Below, in pieces: positions 55,758-64,000 of a stretch of DNA of 64,000 nucleotides (positions are counted from its first letter, which is position 1; each line of letters begins with the position of its first letter). Both the position numbers and the translations under genes were made by a program. This DNA comes from Desulfobacteraceae bacterium. Lineage in GTDB: Bacteria > Desulfobacterota > Desulfobacteria > Desulfobacterales > SKZT01. The notes under the pieces were generated by a model. That model had not been told where the DNA came from. It searched no databases and worked only from the letters and a program-made list of their open reading frames with translations. The stretch covers positions 11,645-75,644 of the forward strand of contig JAABTQ010000010.1 in the NCBI GenBank assembly GCA_011389745.1, given 5' to 3'.

Positions 55758-56372
55758 TCATTGTTCGATAAGAATAGCTCTGGCCGGGGCTCCGTCGGCC
55801 TCGATCCGCAATGGTAATCCGGCAAAAGTATATCGACCGGCGGAAACTTTCCTGAGATCAAGCCCTTCAAATACAGTCATGGAACCGATGAGGATATCGT
55901 GGATCTTGCCGCCGTTCTGGAAAGGCTCTACACTCAGGTAATCCACACCCAAGGTTTTCACACTACGTTCCACCAGGTAAACCGCCCCGTCTTCTGTTAA
56001 GTGGGCATAGTCTTCGCGGAAATAATCATAACCTTTCAGGGAATTTTCAGTCTTGAGCAGCAGGATTAATCCTACGGGTATATCCTGCTCCTGAAGATGA
56101 TCGACAGTGATTTCTTGACCTTTGCCGGTCATATCCAGCACAATGCAAGGACCATAAAGGCTTTCCAAGGGTAGTTCAGCAACGCTACTGCCACCTGTTT
56201 CTATATGCAGCCGTGAGTCAACGTGAGTACCAGTATGGCTTCCCAGAAATAAAGTTGACTCATTTACGCCTGCTTCTTCTGCCTTTTTGTATTGTTCGAT
56301 GCGGGGGGAAGGATTGCCCGGATAAACAATCATATCCGGACGGATCTCCATGGATATATCGATGATTTTCAT
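55758..56372 (-). CDS. cyclase family protein (kynurenine formamidase-like metal hydrolase)
   Basis: 204-aa ORF. IIDISMEI...GSHTGTHVDS motif. Its start overlaps the GH15 stop (ATGA). Confidence 0.8.
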   Translation of the reverse strand: MKIIDISMEIRPDMIVYPGNPSPRIEQYKKAEEAGVNESTLFLGSHTGTHVDSRLHIETGGSSVAELPLESLYGPCIVLDMTGKGQEITVDHLQEQDIPVGLILLLKTENSLKGYDYFREDYAHLTEDGAVYLVERSVKTLGVDYLSVEPFQNGGKIHDILIGSMTVFEGLDLRKVSAGRYTFAGLPLRIEADGAPARAILIEQ

Positions 56373-58309
56373 TTGTTTTCCTTATAGTTTTCGTTTCCTG
56401 TTGTTCCGGCATGGGCATATCCAATCGGGTTCTCCCTATGTTTGGGAGTGCCTACGGGATCATGCTCAGGGATTTCTAATCCATGGGCGTATGCCAGGTA
56501 AAGGCTGCTGTTTATCAGGCCGATGTGAGTGAAGGCCTGGGGAAAATTTCCTAAAAATTCTCCGGTTTCCGGATCGATCTGTTCTGCATAGAGCCCCAGA
56601 TGGTTGGAATGATCGACGATGTTGTTGAAAATTCGTTCCGCTTCGTCGATCCGATTCGAAAGCGCCAGAACATCCACCAGCCAGAAAGTGCAAAGCCCAA
56701 AAGCGCCTTCTTCGCCGGGAAGACCATCGTCCGAGATATACCGGTATACGAGGTCATTTTCCATGAGATCTTCCATTATCCTGTTCACGGTACCTTGGAT
56801 ACATGGGTCGGTGGCCGGCAGGAACTCCATCAGGGCTATGCGCAGATTGACTGCATCCATCTCTTTGGAACCATAGGACTGAACAAAACTGTTCAAGTCC
56901 TTGTCGAAACCTTTCTGCATAACCTCCTCACGGATCCGCTCCTGCTCAGCTTGCCAGCGCTCAATGTTGCCCTCGAGACCGTAGTGTCTGGCCAAAAGCA
57001 GTGCCCGGTCCAAGGCAACCCATGCCATAACTTTGGAATAAACAAAATGACGCGGCTCACCCCGTACTTCCCAGATTCCATAATCAGGCCGCTCCCACAC
57101 CTCGACCACATAATCGGCAACCCAAGCGATGAACTTGGCTATATCTTTCGTAAATTGATGCCCTCGCCGGGCCAGTTCATAGGCTGTGCTTACAAGCTCG
57201 CCATAAACCTCGAGTTGAAACTGATCAAAGGCTTTATTACCGATATTCACTGGTTTTGAGCCTTTGTAGCCCTCTAAGTGCTCGAGCTCAAATTCCTCCA
57301 GATCTGTTTCGCCGTGTAAACCATACATGATCTGCAGTTCGCGGTTGCATTCCATGCAAGTTTTTGAAACCTCCTCGAACCAATGCAAAAGATCGACAGC
57401 TTCTTCTTGGTGGCCGATAGAGATCAGTGCTTGTGCGGTCATGGCTGCATCCCTGATCCAGGCATAACGATAATCCCAGTTGCGCACTCCTCCGATATGT
57501 TCCGGCAATGAAGTGGTCGGGGCTGCGGCAAAGGAGCCGGTGTCGGCTATGTTCATGAGTTTGAAGACCAGGGCGGATCGGGTAACCATCCGGCTCTGGT
57601 CTCCGGCCCAGACCCGCTTTTCGACAAGACCCTCGCGGTCAGCCCAATCGCTCCATGTTTTTAAGGTGGTTTCAAGCGCACTGATTGTTTTGTCTATATC
57701 GTGGCGAGAGTTATTATTAGATCCCCAGCGAATTACAATGGCTTTAGAATCCCCGGGATCAAGGCGGAATCTTGCTCGTAGAAAGGATCCGTAATTATCT
57801 TCTACCAGCTTTTCGTTTTCAAGTCCTTCTATGTTTAGGATATCAGGACCACAACGGGCGATCCAACCTGTGGCCGATTTTTCCATGCCCGTCGTTTTCC
57901 GGGCGTAATCGAGCCGGGGGGCCCAAATGATCTCTACTTCCACCGAACCACTCTGACACTCAAGAAGCCGGTGAATTTCAGGTGGAGCTTTTGAACCATT
58001 TCGACCATTAATATCTCCCTCCAAAGGCATGAAGTCAACTATGGAAAAAGATGATTCATCCAATTGGAACTGGGTCTTAAGTACATTCGTATCCCCTATA
58101 TATTTTTGGGTGCCGATCCCACCACCAGCCGGAGAAATTTTGCAAAAGCCTCCTCGATGAGCATCCAAAATAGATGCAAAAACAGATGGGCTACCCATCC
58201 TGGGAAGGCAGCACCAATCAATGGAACCATCCTTTGAGATAAGTGCGACGCTCCTAAGGTTGCCGATAATTCCGTAATCGGAAATAGCTTTATAACCGTT
58301 ATTATTCAT
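56369..58309 (-). CDS. glycoside hydrolase family 15 (glucoamylase/trehalase-like)
   Basis: 646-aa ORF. The N-terminal ISDYGIIGNLRSVALISKDGSIDWCCLPRMGSPSVFA is characteristic of bacterial GH15. (alpha/alpha)6 region motifs are NWDYRYAWIRDA and GIWEVRGE. Confidence 0.85.
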   Translation of the reverse strand: MNNNGYKAISDYGIIGNLRSVALISKDGSIDWCCLPRMGSPSVFASILDAHRGGFCKISPAGGGIGTQKYIGDTNVLKTQFQLDESSFSIVDFMPLEGDINGRNGSKAPPEIHRLLECQSGSVEVEIIWAPRLDYARKTTGMEKSATGWIARCGPDILNIEGLENEKLVEDNYGSFLRARFRLDPGDSKAIVIRWGSNNNSRHDIDKTISALETTLKTWSDWADREGLVEKRVWAGDQSRMVTRSALVFKLMNIADTGSFAAAPTTSLPEHIGGVRNWDYRYAWIRDAAMTAQALISIGHQEEAVDLLHWFEEVSKTCMECNRELQIMYGLHGETDLEEFELEHLEGYKGSKPVNIGNKAFDQFQLEVYGELVSTAYELARRGHQFTKDIAKFIAWVADYVVEVWERPDYGIWEVRGEPRHFVYSKVMAWVALDRALLLARHYGLEGNIERWQAEQERIREEVMQKGFDKDLNSFVQSYGSKEMDAVNLRIALMEFLPATDPCIQGTVNRIMEDLMENDLVYRYISDDGLPGEEGAFGLCTFWLVDVLALSNRIDEAERIFNNIVDHSNHLGLYAEQIDPETGEFLGNFPQAFTHIGLINSSLYLAYAHGLEIPEHDPVGTPKHRENPIGYAHAGTTGNENYKENK

Positions 58310-58564
58310 AGGTTCGAACCTCCTTTTAATATGAGTTTCTGATTTCGCCGCTTCCCAATGCCATCCAGAATCTGTCTTACAAGAACATGGTTTTAAGTTT
58401 TAGACATAATGATTGACAGTTTAATTCCGAGCCTCAGATTGATGTGGTGCGATCCAACCCGCACAGACTCATCATTGGGCTCCGACGAGCTAATGACCGG
58501 TCCATATAGCCCATGATGGGTCTGTGCTGGTCGTCTCAAATAAAAAAAATATTCATAAAAAAAA

Positions 58565-58823
58565 AGACCTGCCTTCCTTGCAAACGTGGGTTATAAAAAG
58601 GTGTTAATTTCTTAATCTACCCTAAAACAGAGCCATAACCAAGGAGGCAGGTCATGAACAGTGTAAAATTTATCGGTATGGATGTCCACAAAAAACGATC
58701 ACTATTACCATCGCTGAAGAAGGCAGCCGGCTGGAGTTTACGGCACCATTAACAACGAGTTTGATTCCGGTCGGGTCTAATGTTGCCGGACCCTGTTTGA
58801 ATTGCAGAAGACCCGACCGGTAA
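58565..58823 (+). mobile_element. IS110-family transposase 5' fragment (frameshifted, truncated remnant) with RBS-sequestering inverted repeat
   Basis: From the ATG at 58654: MNSVKFIGMDVHKK, then by frame shifts ITITIAEEGS and VYGTINNEF, which is the IS110 N-terminal DEDD-region pattern (MDVHK..I.IA......YGTI.N). It ends about 170 nt in. GACCTGCCTTCCTTG (58565-58580) is complementary to CCAAGGAGGCAGGTC (58639-58653), which covers the RBS. Confidence 0.6.
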
Positions 58824-58827
58824 TTTT

Positions 58828-60156
58828 TTATGTATGGGCTATTTTGTTCCCCATGATATCTTCCTGAAAAATTTCCATCCCTTTTTTCATGGCACAAAAA
58901 TCACCGCACATAGTACAGGTTTTCTCCTCTTCCGGGGATCTTTCACACCGGATTTGCCGGGCGATTTGGGGAAACAGCAGATATTTTTCCAGGTCTTGCC
59001 AGCGCATATCCCTGCGGGCCATTGAGGCCTGCATTTCCGCCTTTCTCAGATGTGGGTATTTGCATAGATCCCCGATCTTTACCGCCAGACGGGTGACTCT
59101 GACGCCTTCACGCACATCGCTGATGTTCGGAAGTGCCAAATGTTCCGCCGGAGTAATATAACATACCAAGTCAGCCCCAAAACGGGCTGAATTTGCGGCA
59201 CCGATGGCTGCTGTGACATGATCGTAACCCGCACCTGTGTCACATGGAATCGGTCCCAGAACATAATACGGGGCGTTGCCGCTCATGCGCTTTTCTAAGA
59301 TGATATTGGCTTCTATTTCATCCAGGGGCACATGACCCGGACCTTCCACCATGGTCTGGCAACCCATTTGCCTTCCCAATTCGGCCAGTTCACAATTAAT
59401 TACCATCTCGGCCATTTGAGCGCGGTCATGACTGTCATGGATCGCACCGGCCCGAATACCGTTTCCCAGGGAAAGCACGGCGTCATATTTTTTCATTAAT
59501 CCGCAGACCCTGTCGAACTGTTCATATAAGGGATTTTCTTTGTTGTTGGCATCCATCCATGCCACCATAAATGTGCCCCCCTTACTGGCCAGGCCACCGT
59601 AGCGAAACCCTTGTTTTCTCAATCGTTCAATGGAAAACTGGTTGATACCGCAATGGATAGCCATAAAACTAATCCCGTCCTCGAGTTGTTTTTCAATAAG
59701 TTCAAACAAAAATTCAGGGTCCATCCGGGCTGGATTATGGTATTTACGGGCGGTTTCCTTAAAAGCCTGGTAAAGAGGAACATTGCCCACCGGAATATTG
59801 ACAGCGGAAATGACTTCTTGTCTTACCCTGTCAAGATTGCCGCCGGTGGACAGCTCCATGAGAGTATCGGCTTTTTCTTCCTGAGCCGCTTTGGCTTTTT
59901 GAATCTCAGCGTCAATGTCGCAAATATCGGAAGATGTCCCGATAGAAGCATTCACTTTGGTCCGAAGTCCATATCCGATTCCGACTATTTCCTGATGAGG
60001 GCGGTTGGGATTTAAGGGAATAACAATTTCTCCTCTGGCCACGCGATCCAATACGGATATGGGATCGATATTTTCTGTCCGGGAGATTTGTTCCATCTGA
60101 TGGGTGGTAATACCTTCTCGGGCCAATTCCAGCTGAGTTTTCATAAATTCCTCCAT
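58828..60156 (-). CDS. ThiC-family radical SAM enzyme; probable 5-hydroxybenzimidazole synthase (BzaF-type) rather than thiamin ThiC
   Basis: 442-aa ORF that is ThiC-like throughout (GIVSRGG-equivalent core, HVPL, C-terminal CTMCGDFCAMK cluster motif). Its leader carries a cobalamin riboswitch instead of a TPP riboswitch. The family call is secure; the BzaF assignment is inference. Confidence 0.85.
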   Translation of the reverse strand: MEEFMKTQLELAREGITTHQMEQISRTENIDPISVLDRVARGEIVIPLNPNRPHQEIVGIGYGLRTKVNASIGTSSDICDIDAEIQKAKAAQEEKADTLMELSTGGNLDRVRQEVISAVNIPVGNVPLYQAFKETARKYHNPARMDPEFLFELIEKQLEDGISFMAIHCGINQFSIERLRKQGFRYGGLASKGGTFMVAWMDANNKENPLYEQFDRVCGLMKKYDAVLSLGNGIRAGAIHDSHDRAQMAEMVINCELAELGRQMGCQTMVEGPGHVPLDEIEANIILEKRMSGNAPYYVLGPIPCDTGAGYDHVTAAIGAANSARFGADLVCYITPAEHLALPNISDVREGVRVTRLAVKIGDLCKYPHLRKAEMQASMARRDMRWQDLEKYLLFPQIARQIRCERSPEEEKTCTMCGDFCAMKKGMEIFQEDIMGNKIAHT

Positions 60157-60225
60157 TCTGTTTATTCAAAAAAGGTTTGAAATAAATGACCAGAGTGGAT
60201 GTCTGACTGCCTTTGGGGAGCCCTC

Positions 60226-60500
60226 AAAAAATAAAAGGGCTCCAACAGGGTCTAACAGACCCGCTGAAACCCTTTTCCATCAGATTCTCAGCTGTCACCG
60301 TCCGATTCGTCTTCTGACTTGCCCGACTCAGTGCCCGGCCTTCCCATCCCATATGCGACCACAACAGATTCAAGTGCGGCACTTCGGGAAAATATTTCCC
60401 GCAAATGGACAGTGGCAAAAAATGCACGGAGTTTAAAATATCGGGCTTACAGCGCCGGGTGCGTCATGGACTTTCACCATGTTCCGTTAATCGGTCAGCG
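60226..60500 (-). promoter_or_regulatory. cobalamin (B12) riboswitch with terminator-type expression platform
   Basis: Minus strand, in consensus order: AACGGAA-CAT-GGTGAAAGTCC-ATGACGCACCCGGCGCTGTAAGC, GCCACTG, GGGAAGGC and B12-box AAGTCAGAAGAC. P1 is CCGATT (60489-60494) / GAATCGG (60302-60308). Downstream, AAAAGGG...CCCTTTT + ATTTTTT (60226-60277) forms a terminator-like hairpin. Confidence 0.75.
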
Positions 60501-60563
60501 CTCCACATAGCAATTTGGATCCAATAAAAAAAACCGCCCGTATTGTCAAGACAAATGTTTCTT

Positions 60564-61550
60564 TTAAGCCCATTCAACCTGGTTTCTTCCGTTGTTTTTT
60601 GCCATAAACAATTGCCGGTCCGCTTTTTCAACAAGGGTTGACATGTCCATGTTCTGTTCAGGGATTACCGTCGCACCTCCGATGCTGATCGTAATCTTTT
60701 TTGAGGCCGAAGAAAATTCATGAACAATATTTAATTGTTCAACCGCTTCCCTGATGGTTTCACAAAGTTGATAAGCTTTATCCGCAGATGTTTTTGGCAA
60801 GACGATTCCGAATTCCTCCCCGCCATATCGAGAAACCAGGTCATATGGGCGTTTCAAATTACGCCTGATTTCACTTGCCAGGGATATCAGAACCCGATCA
60901 CCCTTGGCGTGCCCATAATTATCATTGAACTGTTTGAAGTAATCCACATCCGCTATTGCTACCGATATGAAATTCTGGTAACGGATGGCCCGGTGCCATT
61001 CACGTCGCAATGCCGAATCAAAATAACGCCTGTTGGGAATCTCTGTAAGGCCGTCAATATGGGCCAGTGTCTCCAATAGTTTTCGATGCCGGACCATTGT
61101 CAGTATATTTCTGACACGAGCCAGAACAATTGATGGTATAAAGGGCTTTTTAATGTAATCCACAGCGCCCAGGCTAAGTCCTGCTTCCTCATTTCTTAAT
61201 GAGTGAAGTGCGGTGATAAAAATTACAGGAATATTTTGGGTTTGCTGATTGCTTTTTAATTGGTGGATTACCTGGAAACCGTCCATTTCAGGCATCATCA
61301 CATCTAACAGGATCAGGTCGGGTGGATTGGATGCGATCATCTCCAATGCCTGCTTTCCACTTTCAGCCTGGTCGAGGATATAGTATTGTTTAAGTAATCC
61401 GACAAGGAGCTTGAGACTGATTCTATCATCGTCAACAATCAATATTCGGGCTTTAGTTGATAGAACATCGGCAACATTCAAGGCTATCTGATCAAATTTT
61501 TCCACAAATTCAGGGGTACTGTTTTCATTCATTTTAATATATTCAATCAT
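60564..61550 (-). CDS. response regulator receiver-GGDEF diguanylate cyclase (PleD/WspR-like)
   Basis: Start taken at the ATG at 61550, one nt after the upstream stop; 61532 or 61598 are possible. REC motifs ILIVDDD and DLILLDVMMPEMDGF. GGDEF domain has DYFKQFNDNYGHAKGD and GGEEF. Confidence 0.85.
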   Translation of the reverse strand: MIEYIKMNENSTPEFVEKFDQIALNVADVLSTKARILIVDDDRISLKLLVGLLKQYYILDQAESGKQALEMIASNPPDLILLDVMMPEMDGFQVIHQLKSNQQTQNIPVIFITALHSLRNEEAGLSLGAVDYIKKPFIPSIVLARVRNILTMVRHRKLLETLAHIDGLTEIPNRRYFDSALRREWHRAIRYQNFISVAIADVDYFKQFNDNYGHAKGDRVLISLASEIRRNLKRPYDLVSRYGGEEFGIVLPKTSADKAYQLCETIREAVEQLNIVHEFSSASKKITISIGGATVIPEQNMDMSTLVEKADRQLFMAKNNGRNQVEWA

Positions 61551-61551
61551 T

Positions 61552-64000
61552 TCACAAATAGGACAAGATTTCTTTTTCAAGTATTTCAAATGGGCCAAGT
61601 TTGTCCGGGGATATAAAATAAATGCCGGTATTATTTTTATTGTTCATTCCCCGAATATAGAAATAGAAGACACCCCCGAAATTTTTTTCTTGATTAAATT
61701 CATCACCCATTCTTTTTTTAAGCCATCGGAGAACGCCAAGAGTGTATATTTTATACTGAAGATGATAATCGGCCTGGGTCATGCTTTTTTCCAAAAAAGC
61801 ATGTTCGTAACTATCTTCGATAATGTTGGATTTCCAATCGGCGATATAAAACTTATCCTTATATCTGAATATCAGGTCGATAAAACCGCGAATGAACCCA
61901 TCACACACATTGCAGTCCGGTATGGATGTATCATTATTTAACGGGTAAGGATAATAAAATTCAGCTTCATGAAGGCGATCCCGTTTATTCAAATGCGCCA
62001 GCATAAAAGATTCGGAAAGATGTGAAATAGGTGTGGTTAAGGTATTCAAAATTACATCGCATACCGGGAAAATCCATTGGCGGTCTATTTGATAAATATC
62101 CATCTGCCTTTCAATCAATTCCCTGGTTGGAGATGTCAAAAGCAATGGGTGGGTTTTATCATTTGATTTAGACGCAGCCTCCAATACAGTTTTAAAAGAA
62201 ATGTTTTCCAAAATATCGTGAAACATACTACCGGTGTCGGTCCCGCCAGGTATGTCATTTGGATCGCCCGGTTGTTCCACAAATTCTTTTTGATTTGGGG
62301 CGAAACTTTCGTCGTCTTCTTTGGTTTTTTCAGGCATGGCTGAAAATCCGTAAAACATGTCGTACGGTTCTTTTTTCTCAGAGGCTTTCTGGTGCAGGCT
62401 GGAAAATGAGGCCATTTGGATTACCCTGTGAGAAAAATGCCCTGTTTGCGGAAAAATCGGTTTGGGAATTAATGCAGAATGATTTTGATCGTAAATTGTA
62501 TCCGGGTTCACCGACTTCTCAGGATCATTAGAAATGACGGTTTTAACATCCGATGATCCCCCCTTAAACCACTGCACATTTTTGCCAAGGTTTTTTTCGG
62601 AGCCAAATGCTTTAATCAATGCCGGGGATATAAGTTTGCTGACCGGGCCTACCCATGAGTAACATTTGCTGGATTCGTAGCAGGGCACATATAGTTTTAA
62701 TTGCGCCCGGGTCAATGCAACATAATAAAGTCGCTTATCCTCGGATTCCATTTCAGCACGATATTCTTCCTTGCCAAGAGAGCTTTTTGACAAGTCGAAT
62801 ATTTTGACCGGTCTTGGAGGTTCTCCACAAATTTTATGATAGACATAAAAATCATTACCAGAGTTCGATGGTTGGGTCAGTCCTCCGAAAATAAAGACAA
62901 CCGGAAATTCAAGGCCTTTGGCCACATGCATGGTCATGATTTGAACTTTCCGGTCCTCTGTTTCAATCTGATGCAGGTCGTCATCTTTGCCGGCAGTCAG
63001 TGTGCCTTTTCGATAGCCATCCAAAAGTGCTGTAAGACCACGGAAATCCAGGTTCTGGTGATAAGCGTTATCCTGCAGATGTTCAAGGATCCGGCCATAA
63101 TTGGTGTACATTCTCTCCCAACCGGGTTTTATGGATTCGCGAAATATAAGCCCGGAATCTTCCATCAGCGATTGAAACAGAATGTTCCATTTTCTTAAAA
63201 ATGCCCATTCATGCCATTGAAACAAAAGGCGCTTTAAAGGATGCCCATGGGCAAGTTCCTCAGTTAAATACAAGTCATCAGGAGAAAAGCCAAAAAAAGG
63301 AGTCAACAAGGCTTTATTAAAGTTTGTTATGTTGGCCGGATCATCAATTGCGTGCAAAACCAGGCTTAGATAAAATGCTTCACGGGATAAAAAAAGGCCG
63401 GGTTTTTTATAGTAAGAGTAAGGAATATCCAGGCGGTTGAATTGTTCCTCCAAAAAAGGCATATCGCTTTTGCCACGCACCAGAACACAAACGTCGCCAT
63501 AAGAAAGGGGATTGGTTTCATGATTTTTTCGATTGTAACAGACGATATGATCGCAACAAATCAGGTGTCTGATTTCCTCTGCAATGAATTTTGCCAGTAT
63601 AGGTTTTGATGCCTTGAAAGAAGGTATTTCGCTCAAATCGATAATATTTAAAAATCCCCGATCAGAAAGATCTTTTTTAACGGAAAAAATGCGTTTATCT
63701 TCATCAGGTGCCTGAACAGGAAGATAGGCAATTTCATAATCCTTACTTTGTTCAACAGGAGCAAACCAATCAGGGGTGCTGAACAGATGATTGAAAAGAT
63801 TGATGAGACCGGGTTCCGATCTCCAGTTGGTTGTCAGGCGGTAACAGTTGGCAACTCCCTCATGCTCAAGATGCTCCATTTCCTGCCTGGCATCCAGGTA
63901 AGCGAAAACATCAGCTCCGCGAAAAGCATAGATGGCCTGTTTGGGATCTCCGATAAGAAAAAGCAGATTTCGTAGTCTGTTTTTCTGTTTCCTAAGAAAA
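61552..64000 (-). CDS. UvrD/RecB/AddA-type helicase-nuclease (partial; 5' end lies beyond the window)
   Basis: The frame stays open to the window edge. Translation of 63880-64000 gives LLFLIGDPKQAIYAFRGAD (SF1 helicase motif III). Later motifs are MTMHVAKGLEFPVVF, LYYVALTRA, and the C-terminal PD-(D/E)XK nuclease GFIDLIFRYKDKFYIADWKSN. Confidence 0.8.
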   Translation of the reverse strand, partial: FLRKQKNRLRNLLFLIGDPKQAIYAFRGADVFAYLDARQEMEHLEHEGVANCYRLTTNWRSEPGLINLFNHLFSTPDWFAPVEQSKDYEIAYLPVQAPDEDKRIFSVKKDLSDRGFLNIIDLSEIPSFKASKPILAKFIAEEIRHLICCDHIVCYNRKNHETNPLSYGDVCVLVRGKSDMPFLEEQFNRLDIPYSYYKKPGLFLSREAFYLSLVLHAIDDPANITNFNKALLTPFFGFSPDDLYLTEELAHGHPLKRLLFQWHEWAFLRKWNILFQSLMEDSGLIFRESIKPGWERMYTNYGRILEHLQDNAYHQNLDFRGLTALLDGYRKGTLTAGKDDDLHQIETEDRKVQIMTMHVAKGLEFPVVFIFGGLTQPSNSGNDFYVYHKICGEPPRPVKIFDLSKSSLGKEEYRAEMESEDKRLYYVALTRAQLKLYVPCYESSKCYSWVGPVSKLISPALIKAFGSEKNLGKNVQWFKGGSSDVKTVISNDPEKSVNPDTIYDQNHSALIPKPIFPQTGHFSHRVIQMASFSSLHQKASEKKEPYDMFYGFSAMPEKTKEDDESFAPNQKEFVEQPGDPNDIPGGTDTGSMFHDILENISFKTVLEAASKSNDKTHPLLLTSPTRELIERQMDIYQIDRQWIFPVCDVILNTLTTPISHLSESFMLAHLNKRDRLHEAEFYYPYPLNNDTSIPDCNVCDGFIRGFIDLIFRYKDKFYIADWKSNIIEDSYEHAFLEKSMTQADYHLQYKIYTLGVLRWLKKRMGDEFNQEKNFGGVFYFYIRGMNNKNNTGIYFISPDKLGPFEILEKEILSYL

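Noticed and set aside
60157-60300. Possible TPP (THI-box) riboswitch in front of the ThiC-family gene, suggested by a GCTGAGA box and ATCTGATGG on the minus strand
   Set aside because: The CTGAGA box is directly followed by the CTGAT-like segment, with no P3 stem and no ACCC/GGGGTGC partners or AGGGA closing. The segment is better explained as the 3' side and expression platform of the cobalamin riboswitch.
1-64000. Search for CRISPR arrays, tRNA and rRNA genes
   Set aside because: No regularly spaced direct repeats, no cloverleaf-compatible segments in the intergenic regions inspected, and no rRNA-like conserved stretches were seen. By-eye inspection cannot fully exclude a tRNA, so tRNAscan-SE/Infernal should confirm.

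Overview
This is a 64-kb, AT-rich bacterial chromosomal window. Its gene content suggests an anaerobic Desulfobacterota/Deltaproteobacteria-like organism, from sigma-54 regulation, a non-pyrrolysine MttB, B12-radical SAM and tungsten/molybdenum cofactor genes; this assignment is inference only. I support about 55 protein genes and found no rRNA, tRNA or CRISPR array.

Housekeeping and ordinary content:
- FAH hydrolase and Mrp/ApbC
- an ATP-grasp/HD/UPF0280 cluster
- mutS, an AMIN-amidase and arfB
- a polar amino-acid ABC transporter
- CoA-disulfide reductase-rhodanese and hsp20
- prpE-like acyl-CoA synthetase
- zur-znuBC, vapBC and two moeA genes
- two GGDEF proteins
- a partial RecB/AddA-type helicase-nuclease at the right edge

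Notable content:
1. A bacterial cereblon-like CULT-domain protein.
2. A 758-aa protein with a class-III nucleotidyl-cyclase-like C-terminus and a large uncharacterised N-terminus.
3. A sigma-54 module: an enhancer-binding protein flanked by two clean -24/-12 promoters, driving a non-Pyl MttB-family methyltransferase plus BCCT transporter, and an MFS transporter.
4. A 13-kb lipid/aryl-polyene-like biosynthetic cluster. It runs hotdog thioesterase, DAK2-DegV fusion, MIO ammonia-lyase, MipA-like OMP, GT2, MMPL exporter, LpxL-type and PlsC-type acyltransferases, ACP, KS and B12-radical SAM. The usual KR/DH/second KS are missing.
5. A visibly G+C-rich mosaic island with a NOX-like haem/FAD reductase, gene remnants and an IS110 transposase fragment.
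6. A cobalamin (not TPP) riboswitch in front of a ThiC-family gene, which argues it is a BzaF-type 5-hydroxybenzimidazole synthase.
7. A small MITE-like intergenic repeat family with three copies.
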